Shown: positions 30,166-40,466, numbered from the stretch's first letter. The stretch: DNA of 64,000 nucleotides from Spirochaetia bacterium (GCA_965198005.1 CBDAOI010000004.1:832001-896000); one strand, 5' to 3'. Program-made: numbers and translations. The notes: generated by a model from the sequence alone, not told the origin.

Positions 30166-31555
30166 GCAGCCATTCGCCGGCGATGCGGCGGTGCCGGGCC
30201 AGCATGTCGCCGGTGGCGGGGGCGGTGAGGACGCCGTCGGTCACCAGGGAGCGGCCGGCGACGACCGTGTGGCGGGCGGCTACCGGACCGCAGCGCAGCA
30301 GCGCCTCGACCGGGTCGGACAAGGCTCCGGCGAAGGCAATGCCGGCCCCGTCCACGCTGCCGGACACCGGCCAGACCACCAGATCGCCGGCCCGTCCCGG
30401 CGCCAGGCAGCCGATGTCGTCCCGCCCCAGGCAGGCGGCGCCGCCCAGGGTCGCCATCTCCAGCGCCTCGCGCGCCTGCATCGCCCGCGGCCCGCCGCGC
30501 AGCCGGGCCAGCAGCAGCGCGCCGCGGGTCTCCAGCCACAGCGACGCGCAGTCCGCCGACGCCGAGCCGTCGCAGCCGATCCCCACCGGGACGCCGGCGG
30601 CGCGCAGCTCCCGCACCGGAGCCAGACCGGCGCCCAGAATCTGGTTCGAGCTCGGACAGTGCGCCACGCCGGTTCCCCAGCGCCCGAGGCGCTCGATCTC
30701 CGCCTGATTGGGGTGCACGCAGTGTGCCACCCAGGCCCGGTCCGACCCCCAGCCGACCCGTTCGAAGTGCTCGACCGGGCGGCAGCCGAAGGCCGCCTCG
30801 CAGAAGCCGTTCTCGCCGATGTCTTCCGCCAGATGGGTGTGCAGCCGGACGTCCAGGCGCTCGGCCAGCTCGGCGGTGCGGGCCATCAGTTCCGGCGTCA
30901 CCGAGAACGGCGAGCACGGGGCCAGCGCGATGCGCACCAGCGCGCCCGGCGCCGGATCGTGGTGCAGCGCCACCAGCCGCTCGCAGTCGGCCAGGATCCG
31001 GTCGTCGTCCTGCACCACGGCATCCGGCGGCAGGCCGCCGTCCTTGACCGACAGGCTCATCGACCCGCGCGTCGGGTGGAAGCGAAACCCCAGTTCGCGC
31101 GCGGCGGCGATCTCAGCGCTGATCAGGTCACCGGCGCCGCGCGGGTGGACGTACAGGTGGTCGGTGGTGGTGGTGCAGCCGCCCAGCGCCAGCTCGCTCA
31201 ACCCGATCCACGCCGACACGTAGGCGGCTTCCTCGTCCAGGCGGCTCCACACCGGATACAGCACGCGCAACCAGTCGAACAGGCCGCCGGTCAGGGCCGG
31301 CGCGAAGGCGCGGGTCAGGTTCTGAAACAGGTGGTGGTGCGTGTTGATCAGTCCCGGCGTTACCAGACAGCCGGCGGCGTCGATCAAGCGGTCGGCCGGC
31401 GGCTCCCGGCCCGGCTCGCCCAGCGCCGCCACCAACCCGTCGCGGACCGCCACCCAGCCGCCGGGAATCTCGCGCCGCTCGGCATCCATCGTCACCAGTA
31501 GTTCGGCGCCGCGGACGCACAGATCCGCCCGCCCGCCGCGCCCCATGCTCTCCAT
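30134..31555 (-). CDS. 8-oxoguanine deaminase / amidohydrolase
   Basis: PGLINTHHHLFQNLTR, HPTRGSMS, APCSPF, HTHLAE, HCPSSN and DGSAS motifs. Confidence 0.88.
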   Translation of the reverse strand: MESMGRGGRADLCVRGAELLVTMDAERREIPGGWVAVRDGLVAALGEPGREPPADRLIDAAGCLVTPGLINTHHHLFQNLTRAFAPALTGGLFDWLRVLYPVWSRLDEEAAYVSAWIGLSELALGGCTTTTDHLYVHPRGAGDLISAEIAAARELGFRFHPTRGSMSLSVKDGGLPPDAVVQDDDRILADCERLVALHHDPAPGALVRIALAPCSPFSVTPELMARTAELAERLDVRLHTHLAEDIGENGFCEAAFGCRPVEHFERVGWGSDRAWVAHCVHPNQAEIERLGRWGTGVAHCPSSNQILGAGLAPVRELRAAGVPVGIGCDGSASADCASLWLETRGALLLARLRGGPRAMQAREALEMATLGGAACLGRDDIGCLAPGRAGDLVVWPVSGSVDGAGIAFAGALSDPVEALLRCGPVAARHTVVAGRSLVTDGVLTAPATGDMLARHRRIAGEWLRSSFPVRLIR

Positions 31556-31697
31556 CTCCGACGGTACGGTTCCCCCACCCTGAAGCGATTGTCAACGCGG
31601 CAGCCAAGACGGCCCAGGACGGCACGGTGGGGAGCGCAGCCCGTGTGCGCTATCATCGGGTCGGCCGCGGGGCGGCGGTGCCCGCCAGGAGGATACT

Positions 31698-32033
31698 TTG
31701 AAGGTTACCCCGGTCGGAGAATCCTGCCAGCTACCGCAACTTGGCCCGCCACGTCTCGCTACCCATAGCGGCCGGCGAGCAATGGGCTTCCAAGTGGCCG
31801 TTCCGGGAAGTGATCGAGGAGGAGCTGATCAACTACGCACGCGTCGACCTGTGCATCGTCGGGGGCCGCTGTTTCCGCAGCAGATCGGCTGGCAGGACGG
31901 CTTCGCGTTCGCCCACGACACCCCCGGCCTGGGCGTGGAGATGGACCTCGACGTGGCCGCGGCGTCACCCTTGACCCCGCGCGACTGGCCGCCGCGCCTC
32001 TACCGCGAGGACGGCACGTTCACCAACTGGTAA
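31698..32033 (+). pseudogene. Collapsed mandelate racemase/enolase-superfamily dehydratase gene
   Basis: AGGAGG RBS and MKVT start, then PIAAGEQWASKW..RVDLCIVGG, then PGLGVEMD..DGTFTNW*, all in only 336 bp. Confidence 0.8.
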
Positions 32034-32046
32034 GCCCGCCAGCGCG

Positions 32047-32073
32047 TCAGTGGGTGATGGCGCCACGGCTGGC
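32047..32073 (-). repeat. 27-bp copy of the ilvD 3' end including the stop codon (cf. 33989-34015)
   Basis: TCAGTGGGTGATGGCGCC(AC/GT)GGCTGGC, 25/27 identical. Confidence 0.85.
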
Positions 32074-32119
32074 ATCCAGGTCAAATCAGCACCAACCGCT
32101 CATGAGGCTTGGCTTTTTG

Positions 32120-32158
32120 CAACTGGCGCGACCAACTGGCGCGACCAACTGGCGCGAC
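32120..32158. repeat. 13-bp perfect tandem repeat x3 (CAACTGGCGCGAC)
   Basis: Directly visible. Confidence 0.9.
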
Positions 32159-32178
32159 CTGAGATGATTACCCCGAGA

Positions 32179-32616
32179 CTAACAGTGCGCACATGCTGAC
32201 CTCGTCAGCAGGTCGGCGTTGCTGGCTCGAGAGTACACCTTGCCCCGAGGTTGGTCGATGAAACGCTTGTCTTTGAAATCGTCTGTGAGGTCCTCGTCTC
32301 CCGTGTAGAGAAGGCGTACACCCGTTGCTCTTGCAAGCGCGAGCACGTGTGCGTCGTTGGAGCGAATACACGGTTCGAGAGCGTATGCGTCCTCCAGAAA
32401 ACTCTCAGGCCGAACCACAGTGGCCTTGCCAGCCCGTGCATACTCCGCAAGCTTGATTCTTGCTTGGCCAACAACTTCCTGTGCGAACTTGCCTCCCGTC
32501 GAATAGACGATGCGCCCGCCGCGTCCGTCCAGCCACACACGGATCGGCGCCGCGTCTTCGTGCACCGGATCGGCGAGGAATAGCCCGAGCCGGCTGGCGT
32601 CAACAATCATACACAT
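32179..32616 (-). CDS. PIN-domain-like protein
   Basis: MIVDAS N-terminal Asp, SNDAHVLALA and LLYTGDEDL give the PIN acidic pattern. Confidence 0.7.
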   Translation of the reverse strand: MCMIVDASRLGLFLADPVHEDAAPIRVWLDGRGGRIVYSTGGKFAQEVVGQARIKLAEYARAGKATVVRPESFLEDAYALEPCIRSNDAHVLALARATGVRLLYTGDEDLTDDFKDKRFIDQPRGKVYSRASNADLLTRSACAHC

Positions 32617-32630
32617 TAGCGGATACGATC

Positions 32631-33941
32631 CTACCCGAATCCAAGTAGTCGGTCAGTTTCCTTGATGAAGAAGTCGCGGTATCCCCCCGGCGCATGCTGA
32701 AGGTTCCCGTCGCCATCCAAACCTATGTTGTGAATAGACACGGCATTCCTTTGAGGTTCAAAATAGAGGATAGAAACGTCTTCCGCTCGCACCGACTGTT
32801 GTCTTACTAGAATGCGTATGCGATCTATGATGTAGTCGCTGTGGGTCTCGATTATGAACTGATTCTGATTGCTATTGAATGAATCAACGAACAACTCCGC
32901 GAGGCCGGCTTGAGCGCGTGGATGCAAGTGTACCTCAGGTTGTTGCAGCAGAAACGTACGTTGATGGGTGCTACGGACGTCCACTATTATCGGCAGGCTC
33001 TGACTCACACCATAACCGACGTCCATGATGTTTGAGTAAGATCCGGATCTGACCTTTACCTGCAACTGGAAGGGATCACTCATATTCCGGCCATGACTTC
33101 TCACCTTGATGTCCGAGAACAAGCCGGCTCCTCGTCCGAATTCAACCAAGTCATCGTGCAATGAACTCCAGCGGCCTTTTTCGGTCCTGTCCAACCTCAT
33201 CATCAACATTGGGATGTGTTCGCCATCGGCCGACGCTGTCTCGCGCACTGGGTCATACGTACGCTTCGGTTTCGATCGAAGTGGCGCTACAGGAACAACT
33301 GGTGGGAACTCAGGAAGCCAGTGGAGTCGGCTTGAGCGACGTTTCTTGGGTGGAAACAAGCGCAGCAAGTAGTCGGCTATGGCGCGCACGTTATCGGACT
33401 TGACAAAGTAATCTTCCGCGTCAGGGCGCCACAGCAAGTCCTGCACCCACATCCATTCCTCCAGCGGGAGTTCGATCGCGGCTTCGCTACCCGGGATCTC
33501 CAGGATTGTGCGACCAGACCCGTCCCGTCGCAATCTCAGAAAGGAGTTCTTGCGGAACTCATGATTCACCGATGTCACGACCGGTTGCGAACCCTCTTCG
33601 GAGAAAGTAACAATCAGGGGATAAGGCCGCATGCTCAAACCGTGTGTAGGCGCTACCACGAAACCCAGTTTGAACCTGTCGATTCGACCATCGGGCCCTC
33701 GCCTCGATCGAACCATGTCACGAAAAGAACCCATGGAGAACGGTTGACGGTTGAAATCTATCGGATCACTCGGTATCCGAGGCCTGGACAACAAGCTATG
33801 TAACACACTGTAACAGCCGAGAAATGTGGTTTTTCCGGTGCTGTTTTCTCCGACAAGCAAGGTGATGGGGCGCAGCCGTGCCCTCTGTTCGCCATGGAAA
33901 CACCGTACGTCATGCAGAATGAACTCGTGAGGTTGGCTCAT
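32631..33941 (-). CDS. AAA_21/DUF3696-type ABC-like ATPase
   Basis: GENSTGKT, DVGYGVSQSLP, QQPEVHLHP and ETHSD motifs. Confidence 0.88.
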   Translation of the reverse strand: MSQPHEFILHDVRCFHGEQRARLRPITLLVGENSTGKTTFLGCYSVLHSLLSRPRIPSDPIDFNRQPFSMGSFRDMVRSRRGPDGRIDRFKLGFVVAPTHGLSMRPYPLIVTFSEEGSQPVVTSVNHEFRKNSFLRLRRDGSGRTILEIPGSEAAIELPLEEWMWVQDLLWRPDAEDYFVKSDNVRAIADYLLRLFPPKKRRSSRLHWLPEFPPVVPVAPLRSKPKRTYDPVRETASADGEHIPMLMMRLDRTEKGRWSSLHDDLVEFGRGAGLFSDIKVRSHGRNMSDPFQLQVKVRSGSYSNIMDVGYGVSQSLPIIVDVRSTHQRTFLLQQPEVHLHPRAQAGLAELFVDSFNSNQNQFIIETHSDYIIDRIRILVRQQSVRAEDVSILYFEPQRNAVSIHNIGLDGDGNLQHAPGGYRDFFIKETDRLLGFG

Positions 33942-33988
33942 CGTATTGAACGACCGACTCGCATCGGCAAGCTCGCTGGCCCGGCGGG

Positions 33989-35665
33989 TCAGTGGGTGAT
34001 GGCGCCGTGGCTGGCGGAGGAGACCAGGCGCGCGTACTTGGCCAGTGCGCCGCGGGTATAGGGGATGGGGCGTTCGGGAACCGCCGCCAGGCGCTGCTCG
34101 ATCTCGGCCGCGGACAGCTCCACGTCGATCGACTTGTGCTCCAGGTCGATGGTGATGACGTCGCCCTCGCGGAGCGCCGCGATCGGGCCGCCGGCCTGGG
34201 CCTCGGGGGCGATGTGGCCGACCACGATGCCGTGGCTGCCGCCGGAGAAGCGGCCGTCGGTGATCAGCGCCACGTCCGCGATCAGGCCGGCGCCGGCGAT
34301 GGCCGAGGTGAGGGCCAGCATCTCGCGCATGCCGGGGCCGCCGCGCGGTCCCTCGTAGCGGATCACCAGCACGTCGCCCTTCTGCACCTGACCCTTGAGG
34401 ATCGCCTGCAGGGCGCCCTCCTCCGCGTCGAATACCCGCGCCGGCCCGCGGTGGCGGCGCACGGTCACGCCCGACGACTTCAGCACCGCTCCTTCGGGGG
34501 CGAGATTGCCCCTAATCACCAGGATGCCGCCGCTTTCCTTGTACGGCTGGTCGACCGGGTAGACCACGTCCTGCCCGTCGAGCCGAACCTCGACGTCGGC
34601 CAGGTTCTCGGCGATGGTGCGGCCTGAGACGGTGATGCAATCGCCGTACAGCAGGCCGGCGTCGAGCAGCATGCGCATCACCATCGGCACCCCGCCCACC
34701 TGGTCCAGGTCCTTCATCACGTAGCGGCCGGCCGGCTTGAGATCGGCCAGGGTCGGCGTGCTCTCGGCGATCGGGTTGAAGTCGTCGATGGTCAGGTCCA
34801 CTTCCGCCTCGTGCGCGATGGCGAGCAGGTGCAGCACCGCGTTGGTGGAGCCGCCGAGCGCCATGACGATGCGGATCGCGTTGAGGAACGCCTCGCGGGT
34901 CATGATGTCGCGCGGCTTGAGCCCGCGGCGCAGGCAGTCGATCACCGCTTCGCCGGCGGCGCGCAGGTCCTGGTCCTTGCGCGGGTCCACGGCCGGAATC
35001 GAAGAGTTGCCCGGCAGCGCCATGCCCAGCGCCTCCACCGCGGACGACATGGTGTTGGCGGTGTACATGCCGCCGCACGCCCCCTGGCAGGGAATGGCGG
35101 CGCGCTCGATGCCGGCCCGTTCCTGTTCGTCGATCCGGCCCGCGCTGAAGGCGCCCACCGCCTCGAACGCGGAGATGATGTCCACGTCGCGCCCGCGGAA
35201 CACACCCGGCAGGATGCTGCCGCCGTAGACGAACACGCTGGGGATATTCATGCGCGCCATCGGCATCACCGTGCCGGGAATGGTCTTGTCGCAGCCGCCG
35301 ATGCCGAGGATGGCGTCGAATTGGTGGCCGAGGGTGACCAGCTCGATGGTGTCGGCGATCGTGTCACGGCTCACCAGGGAGGCCTTCATCCCTTCGTGTC
35401 CCATCGCCTCGCCGTCGGTCACCACGAACGTGTTGTAGCGCAGCGGAAAGCCGCCGGCGCCGCGCACGCCGGTCTTGGCCAGCTCGGCGAGGTCGTCCAG
35501 GTGCATGTTGCACGGCGTCACCTCGGAGCCGGCGCTGGCGATGCCGACCAGCGGCCGCTCGAAGTCGGCGTCCTCCATGCCTACGGCCCGCAGCATGGAA
35601 CGGTTGGGCGTGCGCTCGACGCCGGCGGTCATGTTGCGGCTGCGGCTGTTCAGCGGTGTGCTCAC
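33989..35665 (-). CDS. ilvD: Dihydroxy-acid dehydratase
   Basis: [32 protein letters not shown] and TDGRFSG motifs; GTG start after AGGAG. Confidence 0.95.
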   Translation of the reverse strand: MSTPLNSRSRNMTAGVERTPNRSMLRAVGMEDADFERPLVGIASAGSEVTPCNMHLDDLAELAKTGVRGAGGFPLRYNTFVVTDGEAMGHEGMKASLVSRDTIADTIELVTLGHQFDAILGIGGCDKTIPGTVMPMARMNIPSVFVYGGSILPGVFRGRDVDIISAFEAVGAFSAGRIDEQERAGIERAAIPCQGACGGMYTANTMSSAVEALGMALPGNSSIPAVDPRKDQDLRAAGEAVIDCLRRGLKPRDIMTREAFLNAIRIVMALGGSTNAVLHLLAIAHEAEVDLTIDDFNPIAESTPTLADLKPAGRYVMKDLDQVGGVPMVMRMLLDAGLLYGDCITVSGRTIAENLADVEVRLDGQDVVYPVDQPYKESGGILVIRGNLAPEGAVLKSSGVTVRRHRGPARVFDAEEGALQAILKGQVQKGDVLVIRYEGPRGGPGMREMLALTSAIAGAGLIADVALITDGRFSGGSHGIVVGHIAPEAQAGGPIAALREGDVITIDLEHKSIDVELSAAEIEQRLAAVPERPIPYTRGALAKYARLVSSASHGAITH

Positions 35666-35846
35666 GGTGTACTCCTGGCAAATGCGTGTGTGCGAGGCGC
35701 CGGCGGCTGCCTCGAACGCGGTCACGCGGCCGCTATGGATACGCGCCGCGATCTGCGCCCGCCACCGTAGTGGTGTCAGGGTTCGCTGTCAACGGAAGTC
35801 CGCGGCGCCCGGCGGTGCCGGCGGCCGCAGGTCGCGACGGAATCGG

Positions 35847-36458
35847 TCAGCGGGCGAAGGCGTGCAAGTAGGGGAGGCGCGCCGCGGTGGCGGCGATCCG
35901 CTCCCGGTTGGCGAGCAGCAGCGTGGTCGAGTCCCAGGTGCCGCGCACCAGGGCGAGGCGCGCCCCGTCCGGCAGGTCCGCGGCGCAGCTCCACTCGCTG
36001 GCGGTCACCTTCCGTGCCTCCAGGTCGACGGCCACCTCGAGAGCGGGATCGTCTGCAACCAGCAGCCGCAGCCGTTCCACGTCGGCTGCCGCGACGCGCA
36101 CCGCCGGAATCCCCAACACCGTGCAGTTGCCGGCGAAAATCTCGGCGAACGACTCGCCGACCAGCGCGCGGATGCCGAACCGCTGCAGCGCCTGCGGCGC
36201 ATGCTCGCGCGAGGAGCCGCAGCCGAAGTTGCGCCCCACCAGCAGGATCGAGCCGCCGGCGTAGCGGGCGTCGTCGAACGGGTGGGTGCGGCCCGCCTTC
36301 CGGTCGGCAGCGCGTTCGTCGATGAACGCGCCTTCCCCCAGTCCGTCGAAGGTCACGTACTTCAGGTAGCGGGCGGGGATGATGCGATCGGTGTCGATGT
36401 CGTTGCCCGGCATCGGTATGGCGCGGCCGGTGGTGGTCGCACGGGCGGCATCGCTCAT
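35847..36458 (-). CDS. leuD: 3-isopropylmalate dehydratase small subunit
   Basis: IDTDRIIPARYL, NFGCGSSREHAP and SFAEIF motifs. Confidence 0.95.
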   Translation of the reverse strand: MSDAARATTTGRAIPMPGNDIDTDRIIPARYLKYVTFDGLGEGAFIDERAADRKAGRTHPFDDARYAGGSILLVGRNFGCGSSREHAPQALQRFGIRALVGESFAEIFAGNCTVLGIPAVRVAAADVERLRLLVADDPALEVAVDLEARKVTASEWSCAADLPDGARLALVRGTWDSTTLLLANRERIAATAARLPYLHAFAR

Positions 36459-36569
36459 AGCCGGCCGCCGCGCGCCGTCGGACGCCGACTTCGGTCTAGA
36501 GGCCGGTGGATCAACATGGTGAGGAACATGGCCGGTACCCTATCCCGAACGGGGGAGAGTAGACAACGC

Positions 36570-37529
36570 CTCCTGCCGGCGGCGCGCTCGTCGACCGACG
36601 CCGTCTTGCCCCGGCCGTCGAAGGGTCGAAGCCGGGAGCGCACGGACAGGCGTCCGGGAGGGCAGCCCGAGCATCCTGGGGCGACGCTACGTCAAGTGGA
36701 GCAAGCGGACGCGGTCACGGTGCACCGTGTGGAGCGCTGTCGGTGTGGCGCAGCGCTGGCCGACGAGCCGGTAGTGGACTGGGAGCAGCCGGTGCAGTAC
36801 GGCTGCCGGCTGCAAGCGATAGCGACGTATCTGAAGAATTACGGCCTGCTGCCGTATCAGAGAACGGCGGAGCCGTTCGAGGATTTGTTCTCGATTCCGA
36901 TCAGTGTGGGGACGTTGGTGAACATCAACGACCTCTGCGGGCAGCGCGGGGCGGGGATCAACGAAACCATCCGTGCTGCTATCAGCGGTCAGCCGGTGGT
37001 CGGCTTCGATGAGACCGGGATGAGTATCAACGGCAAGCTGCAGTGGCTACACGTGGCGAGCACGAAAGCTACTTCAGCTACGACTGCCGCCATGGGCTGT
37101 GCAACGCGCATCATCTGCGCGATTTGATCTTCATACACGAGCAGTACGGGCAGGAGTGGACCCAAGAGCTGATCGAGTTGCTGCTGGAGATCAAGGGAGC
37201 GGTAGCAAGCGCGGTCGAGGAGGGGCGTACGCGGCTGTACGGGCCACTGCGCAAACGGTTTGCCGCCGAGTACCGCAGGATCATGAACGCCGGGCTGCGC
37301 GCCAACCCGCCGCCGCCAGAGCCACCCGGCAGCCGCAAGAAGCGTGGACGCAAGAAGCAGAGCAAACCACGTAACCTGGTGCTACGGCTGGCCAGCCGCT
37401 GGCGCGGGGTGCTGGCGTTCATGTCCGGAAGAACGGCGGCAACGTAATTGAAGCCCTGCGGAGCGTCTTTGCCGGCCACCCGATAACTCCTCCCTGCCTC
37501 ACGTCAGCCACCCCCGGCTGAATAGTTAC
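36570..37529 (+). mobile_element. Degenerate IS66-family element (multiple internal deletions) with its right end preserved
   Basis: GGQPEHPG, QYG, FDETG, WLHVAS, CNAHHLRDL and RKNG motifs; ends GGCTGAATAGTTAC. Confidence 0.85.
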
Positions 37530-37569
37530 ATCGAATCATGGATTATTCTAGAATTGTGCCGCTGTAAGG

Positions 37570-37598
37570 TTGCATATTCTTTCGCTTCGTGGTATACT
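37570..37598 (+). promoter_or_regulatory. Sigma70 promoter (extended -10) for the HNH gene; probably leaderless
   Basis: TTGCAT-N17-TATACT with a TG extension. The ATG lies 7 nt downstream and there is no RBS. Confidence 0.65.
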
Positions 37599-37604
37599 AT
37601 CGAC

Positions 37605-39941
37605 ATGAATAATGTCGTATCTGATGCCTCTTGCCAGTCTCTCGATGTACCCAACACTTTCCACTTGGTAAGCGACGCTGATCTACTGTTCAGGACCAGA
37701 GAACTGGCCCGCCACGAGACCGAACTCACCATCGTTACGATCCAGCATTTGGACGAAATAGAGCGCCGTGAGCTGTACGAAGAACGTGGCTATCCGAGTC
37801 TGTTCGCGTACGCGGTACGGGAGCTGAACTACAGTAATGGATGCGCTTGGCGGAGAATCATGGTGATGAAGTTGTGTCGTGAAATGCCAGGGATAGCAGA
37901 CAAGCTGCGCAGCGGCGAGTTGAATCTCACGACCGCGAGTCAGTTGCAGAACGCGATTGAAAAACGTGCGCGGAAAGTGGCCCGTAAGGCCGTCCGTGAG
38001 TCGGCGAGCGTGTCGGCGGCGGGCGCTGTAAGGGTGGGCGCCGAGGAGTCGTCGGCTGGAGGGGTGCACCCGGCGCAGACGGAAGTCGCGGGAACCCAGG
38101 AAGTCGCGCCTGCCGCAGCGCTGGCGCCAGGGCCGGCGACGTCGCCGGCTGCGGAAACCGCGGCCGCAGCCGGGAAGGCCGCGGCCGCATCCCCGGCGGC
38201 GTTGGCGTCGGCCGCGGCGTCGCCGCCCCCGGGTGCGGCCCGCGAGTCTGCGCCGCCGCCGCCCGCGACGGAACCACCACCGGCATGGACCCGGGACCAG
38301 AAGGTCGAACTGGTCGATCTGGTCGCCAACAAGTCGGCCCGTGAGACCGAGAAGCTGCTGGCGGAACTGGAGCCGGAGCTGGGCCTGCCGCGAGAGCAGC
38401 AGCGCGCCCTCGGCGGCGGCCGCTACGCGGTGCGGGTGATCCTGGACCAGAGCAGTATAGAGACCATCGCCAAGCTGAAGGGCTGGCTGTCGCACGTGAA
38501 CCCGGGCTTCACCACCGGGCAACTGCTCGCCTACCTGCTGCAGCAGGCGGAGCGGAAGTACGACCCGATGCGGGAGCGGGGCCGGGCCAAGCGGGGGGCG
38601 GCGGTGCCGACGCGGCCCGCCGAAACGTGCGAGCAGGAACGCGGCGGCACCGGCAAACGCCGGGTCGCCGGAGGTGCGGTGGGCGCGGCTACGCCCGAGG
38701 CCGGCTCGTCGACCTGCGCCACCAGTGTGCCTGGCGAGGGGGTGCCCGCGACCGCGGCTGCCCGCAGTTCGGTTGCCGCGGGTCCGGTTGCTGGCAGCCC
38801 CGCACCCGCTCCGGTCGCCGCCGGCCCCGGCGTCGCACTTGCCGGCGGTTCGGCGCAGAACCAACAGGCGGCGCGGGTCCCGGACCCGAGTGGCGATCGG
38901 ATCCCGCGCCACGCCGCCGGCTCGGCCGATGCCGGCTCTCCCGCTCCCGCTTCGGCCGCCGCCGGCCCCAGCGTCGCACGCGCCGGCAGTTCGGCGCAGA
39001 AACGGCAAGCGCCGCGGGCAGCGGATCGGAGTGGCGATCGGACTCCGCGCCACGCCGGCTCGGTCGCTGCCAGCTTGACCACTGCCGCTCCGGCGGTCGC
39101 CGGCCCCCGCGTCGCGCGCGCCGACAGTTCGGCGCAGAACCGGCGAGCGGAGCTGGTAGTAGCGGCCCCGGGGAGCGAGCACGACCAGCGGGCCATACCC
39201 GGTTCTGCGCAGAACCAACAGGCGCCGCGGGTCCCGGACCGGAGTGGCGATCGGACTTCGCGCCACGCCGGCTCGGTTGATGGCGGCTTTCCCACACGCG
39301 GTCCGGTCGCCGCCGGCACCGCGGGCGCACGCGGTGGCAGTTCGGCGCAGAACCAACAAGCGCCGCGGGCAGCGGATCGGAGTGGTGCTCGGACTCCGCG
39401 CCACGCCGGCTCGGTCGCTGCCGGCTCTCCTGCGCCCGGTCCTGCTGCGGCCGACTCCAGCGTCGCACCTGCCGGCGGTTCGGCGCCGAACCGGCAAGCG
39501 CAGACAGTAGCGACCCCGGGAAGCGAGCAGGTTCGGTGCGACACACGTAGTTCGGCGCAGAACCAGCAGGCGCCGCGGGCAGGGAAGGGGCCTTCCCGGA
39601 CGGACGCCGAGTTGCACTCCGGTGTGCGAGCGCGGCTGTCCGGAGATGGCACGGCGTCGCGCCCGCCAGCACCCGAATCCGCCCGCGCGCGCCGGGGGAG
39701 GCGGCACATTCCAGAGGCGGTGCGACGTGCGGTGTGGCGGAGGGACGGTGGGGCTTGCTGCTACCAGGACCCGCTCACCGGCGTGACCTGCGGGTCGACC
39801 CACCTGGTGCAGATCGACCACATCGTGCCGGTGGCGCAGGGCGGCAGTAACGACATGGTCAATTTGCGTTTGCGCTGCACCGTCCATAACCGACGGCGCG
39901 ACCCGCGCTGTGCCAGCTACCGCTCTGCTCCGGCCGCGTAG
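37605..39941 (+). CDS. DUF222-like N-terminal domain + repeat linker + C-terminal HNH endonuclease
   Basis: HLDEIERRELY..GYPSLFAY..L.YS...A.RRI N-terminus, and IPEAVRRAVWRRDGG.C..C..QIDHIVPVAQGGSND..NLRLRC..HN C-terminus. Confidence 0.88.
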   Translation: MNNVVSDASCQSLDVPNTFHLVSDADLLFRTRELARHETELTIVTIQHLDEIERRELYEERGYPSLFAYAVRELNYSNGCAWRRIMVMKLCREMPGIADKLRSGELNLTTASQLQNAIEKRARKVARKAVRESASVSAAGAVRVGAEESSAGGVHPAQTEVAGTQEVAPAAALAPGPATSPAAETAAAAGKAAAASPAALASAAASPPPGAARESAPPPPATEPPPAWTRDQKVELVDLVANKSARETEKLLAELEPELGLPREQQRALGGGRYAVRVILDQSSIETIAKLKGWLSHVNPGFTTGQLLAYLLQQAERKYDPMRERGRAKRGAAVPTRPAETCEQERGGTGKRRVAGGAVGAATPEAGSSTCATSVPGEGVPATAAARSSVAAGPVAGSPAPAPVAAGPGVALAGGSAQNQQAARVPDPSGDRIPRHAAGSADAGSPAPASAAAGPSVARAGSSAQKRQAPRAADRSGDRTPRHAGSVAASLTTAAPAVAGPRVARADSSAQNRRAELVVAAPGSEHDQRAIPGSAQNQQAPRVPDRSGDRTSRHAGSVDGGFPTRGPVAAGTAGARGGSSAQNQQAPRAADRSGARTPRHAGSVAAGSPAPGPAAADSSVAPAGGSAPNRQAQTVATPGSEQVRCDTRSSAQNQQAPRAGKGPSRTDAELHSGVRARLSGDGTASRPPAPESARARRGRRHIPEAVRRAVWRRDGGACCYQDPLTGVTCGSTHLVQIDHIVPVAQGGSNDMVNLRLRCTVHNRRRDPRCASYRSAPAA
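38847..39564. repeat. Intragenic array of seven 16-bp palindromic cores RGTTC(G/T)GCGC(A/C)GAA(C/A)C
   Basis: Cores at 38847, 38988, 39126, 39201, 39339, 39477 and 39549; spacings 141, 138, 75, 138, 138, 72. Confidence 0.9.
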
Positions 39942-40022
39942 CGCGGTCGGGTTCGCGCCAGCAGTTCCTCAGGCGATCAGAGGTCATCGTGATTACCTCA
40001 TCAGCCGGCGCTGCGGTTCAAG

Positions 40023-40441
40023 GTGGCGGCGCGCTCGGTGCTGTTTGCCGGCAGCCGCCGCGGGCAGGTGGAGCAGCCGGTCTGCCGCGCGCTGGTCGAC
40101 CGGTTCCGCCGGCACGGGTTCGGGTTCTTCGTGGGCTGCGCGACGGCGTCGATGCGGCGTTCCGGGCGGCGCTGGCCCACTCAGCGTGCGGCCCCGACGA
40201 GGTGTTCGTCGGCTGCGCGTTCGGCCAGCGCGCACGGCGCTGCCGGGCCGAGGGACTGTTCGCCTCGGCGGTGGTGCCCGAGGGCATCCCGCCCCGGGCG
40301 GCGCTGGCGCGGCGTACCCTGTGGCTGGTCAAGCGCAGCTCGCTGGTGGTGCTGTTCCCCGAGCGGCCCGCCGACCGGCAGTGGGGTCCGGGCTCGCGGC
40401 TTGCCTATCGCTCGGCGCTCTACCACCTCAAGCCGACTTAG
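40023..40441 (+). pseudogene. SLOG/DprA-like Rossmann-fold gene remnant, frameshifted
   Basis: LFAGSR..VGCA[shift]GVDAA..ALARRT..VVLF..GPGS. Confidence 0.55.
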
Positions 40442-40466
40442 TAGATTGGCGGCAGGGCTGGGGGGA

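Noticed and set aside
38847-39564. CRISPR array interpretation of the palindromic repeats
   Set aside because: The cores are only 16 bp, the intervening sequences are mutually homologous, the array is in frame within a CDS, and there are no cas genes in the window.
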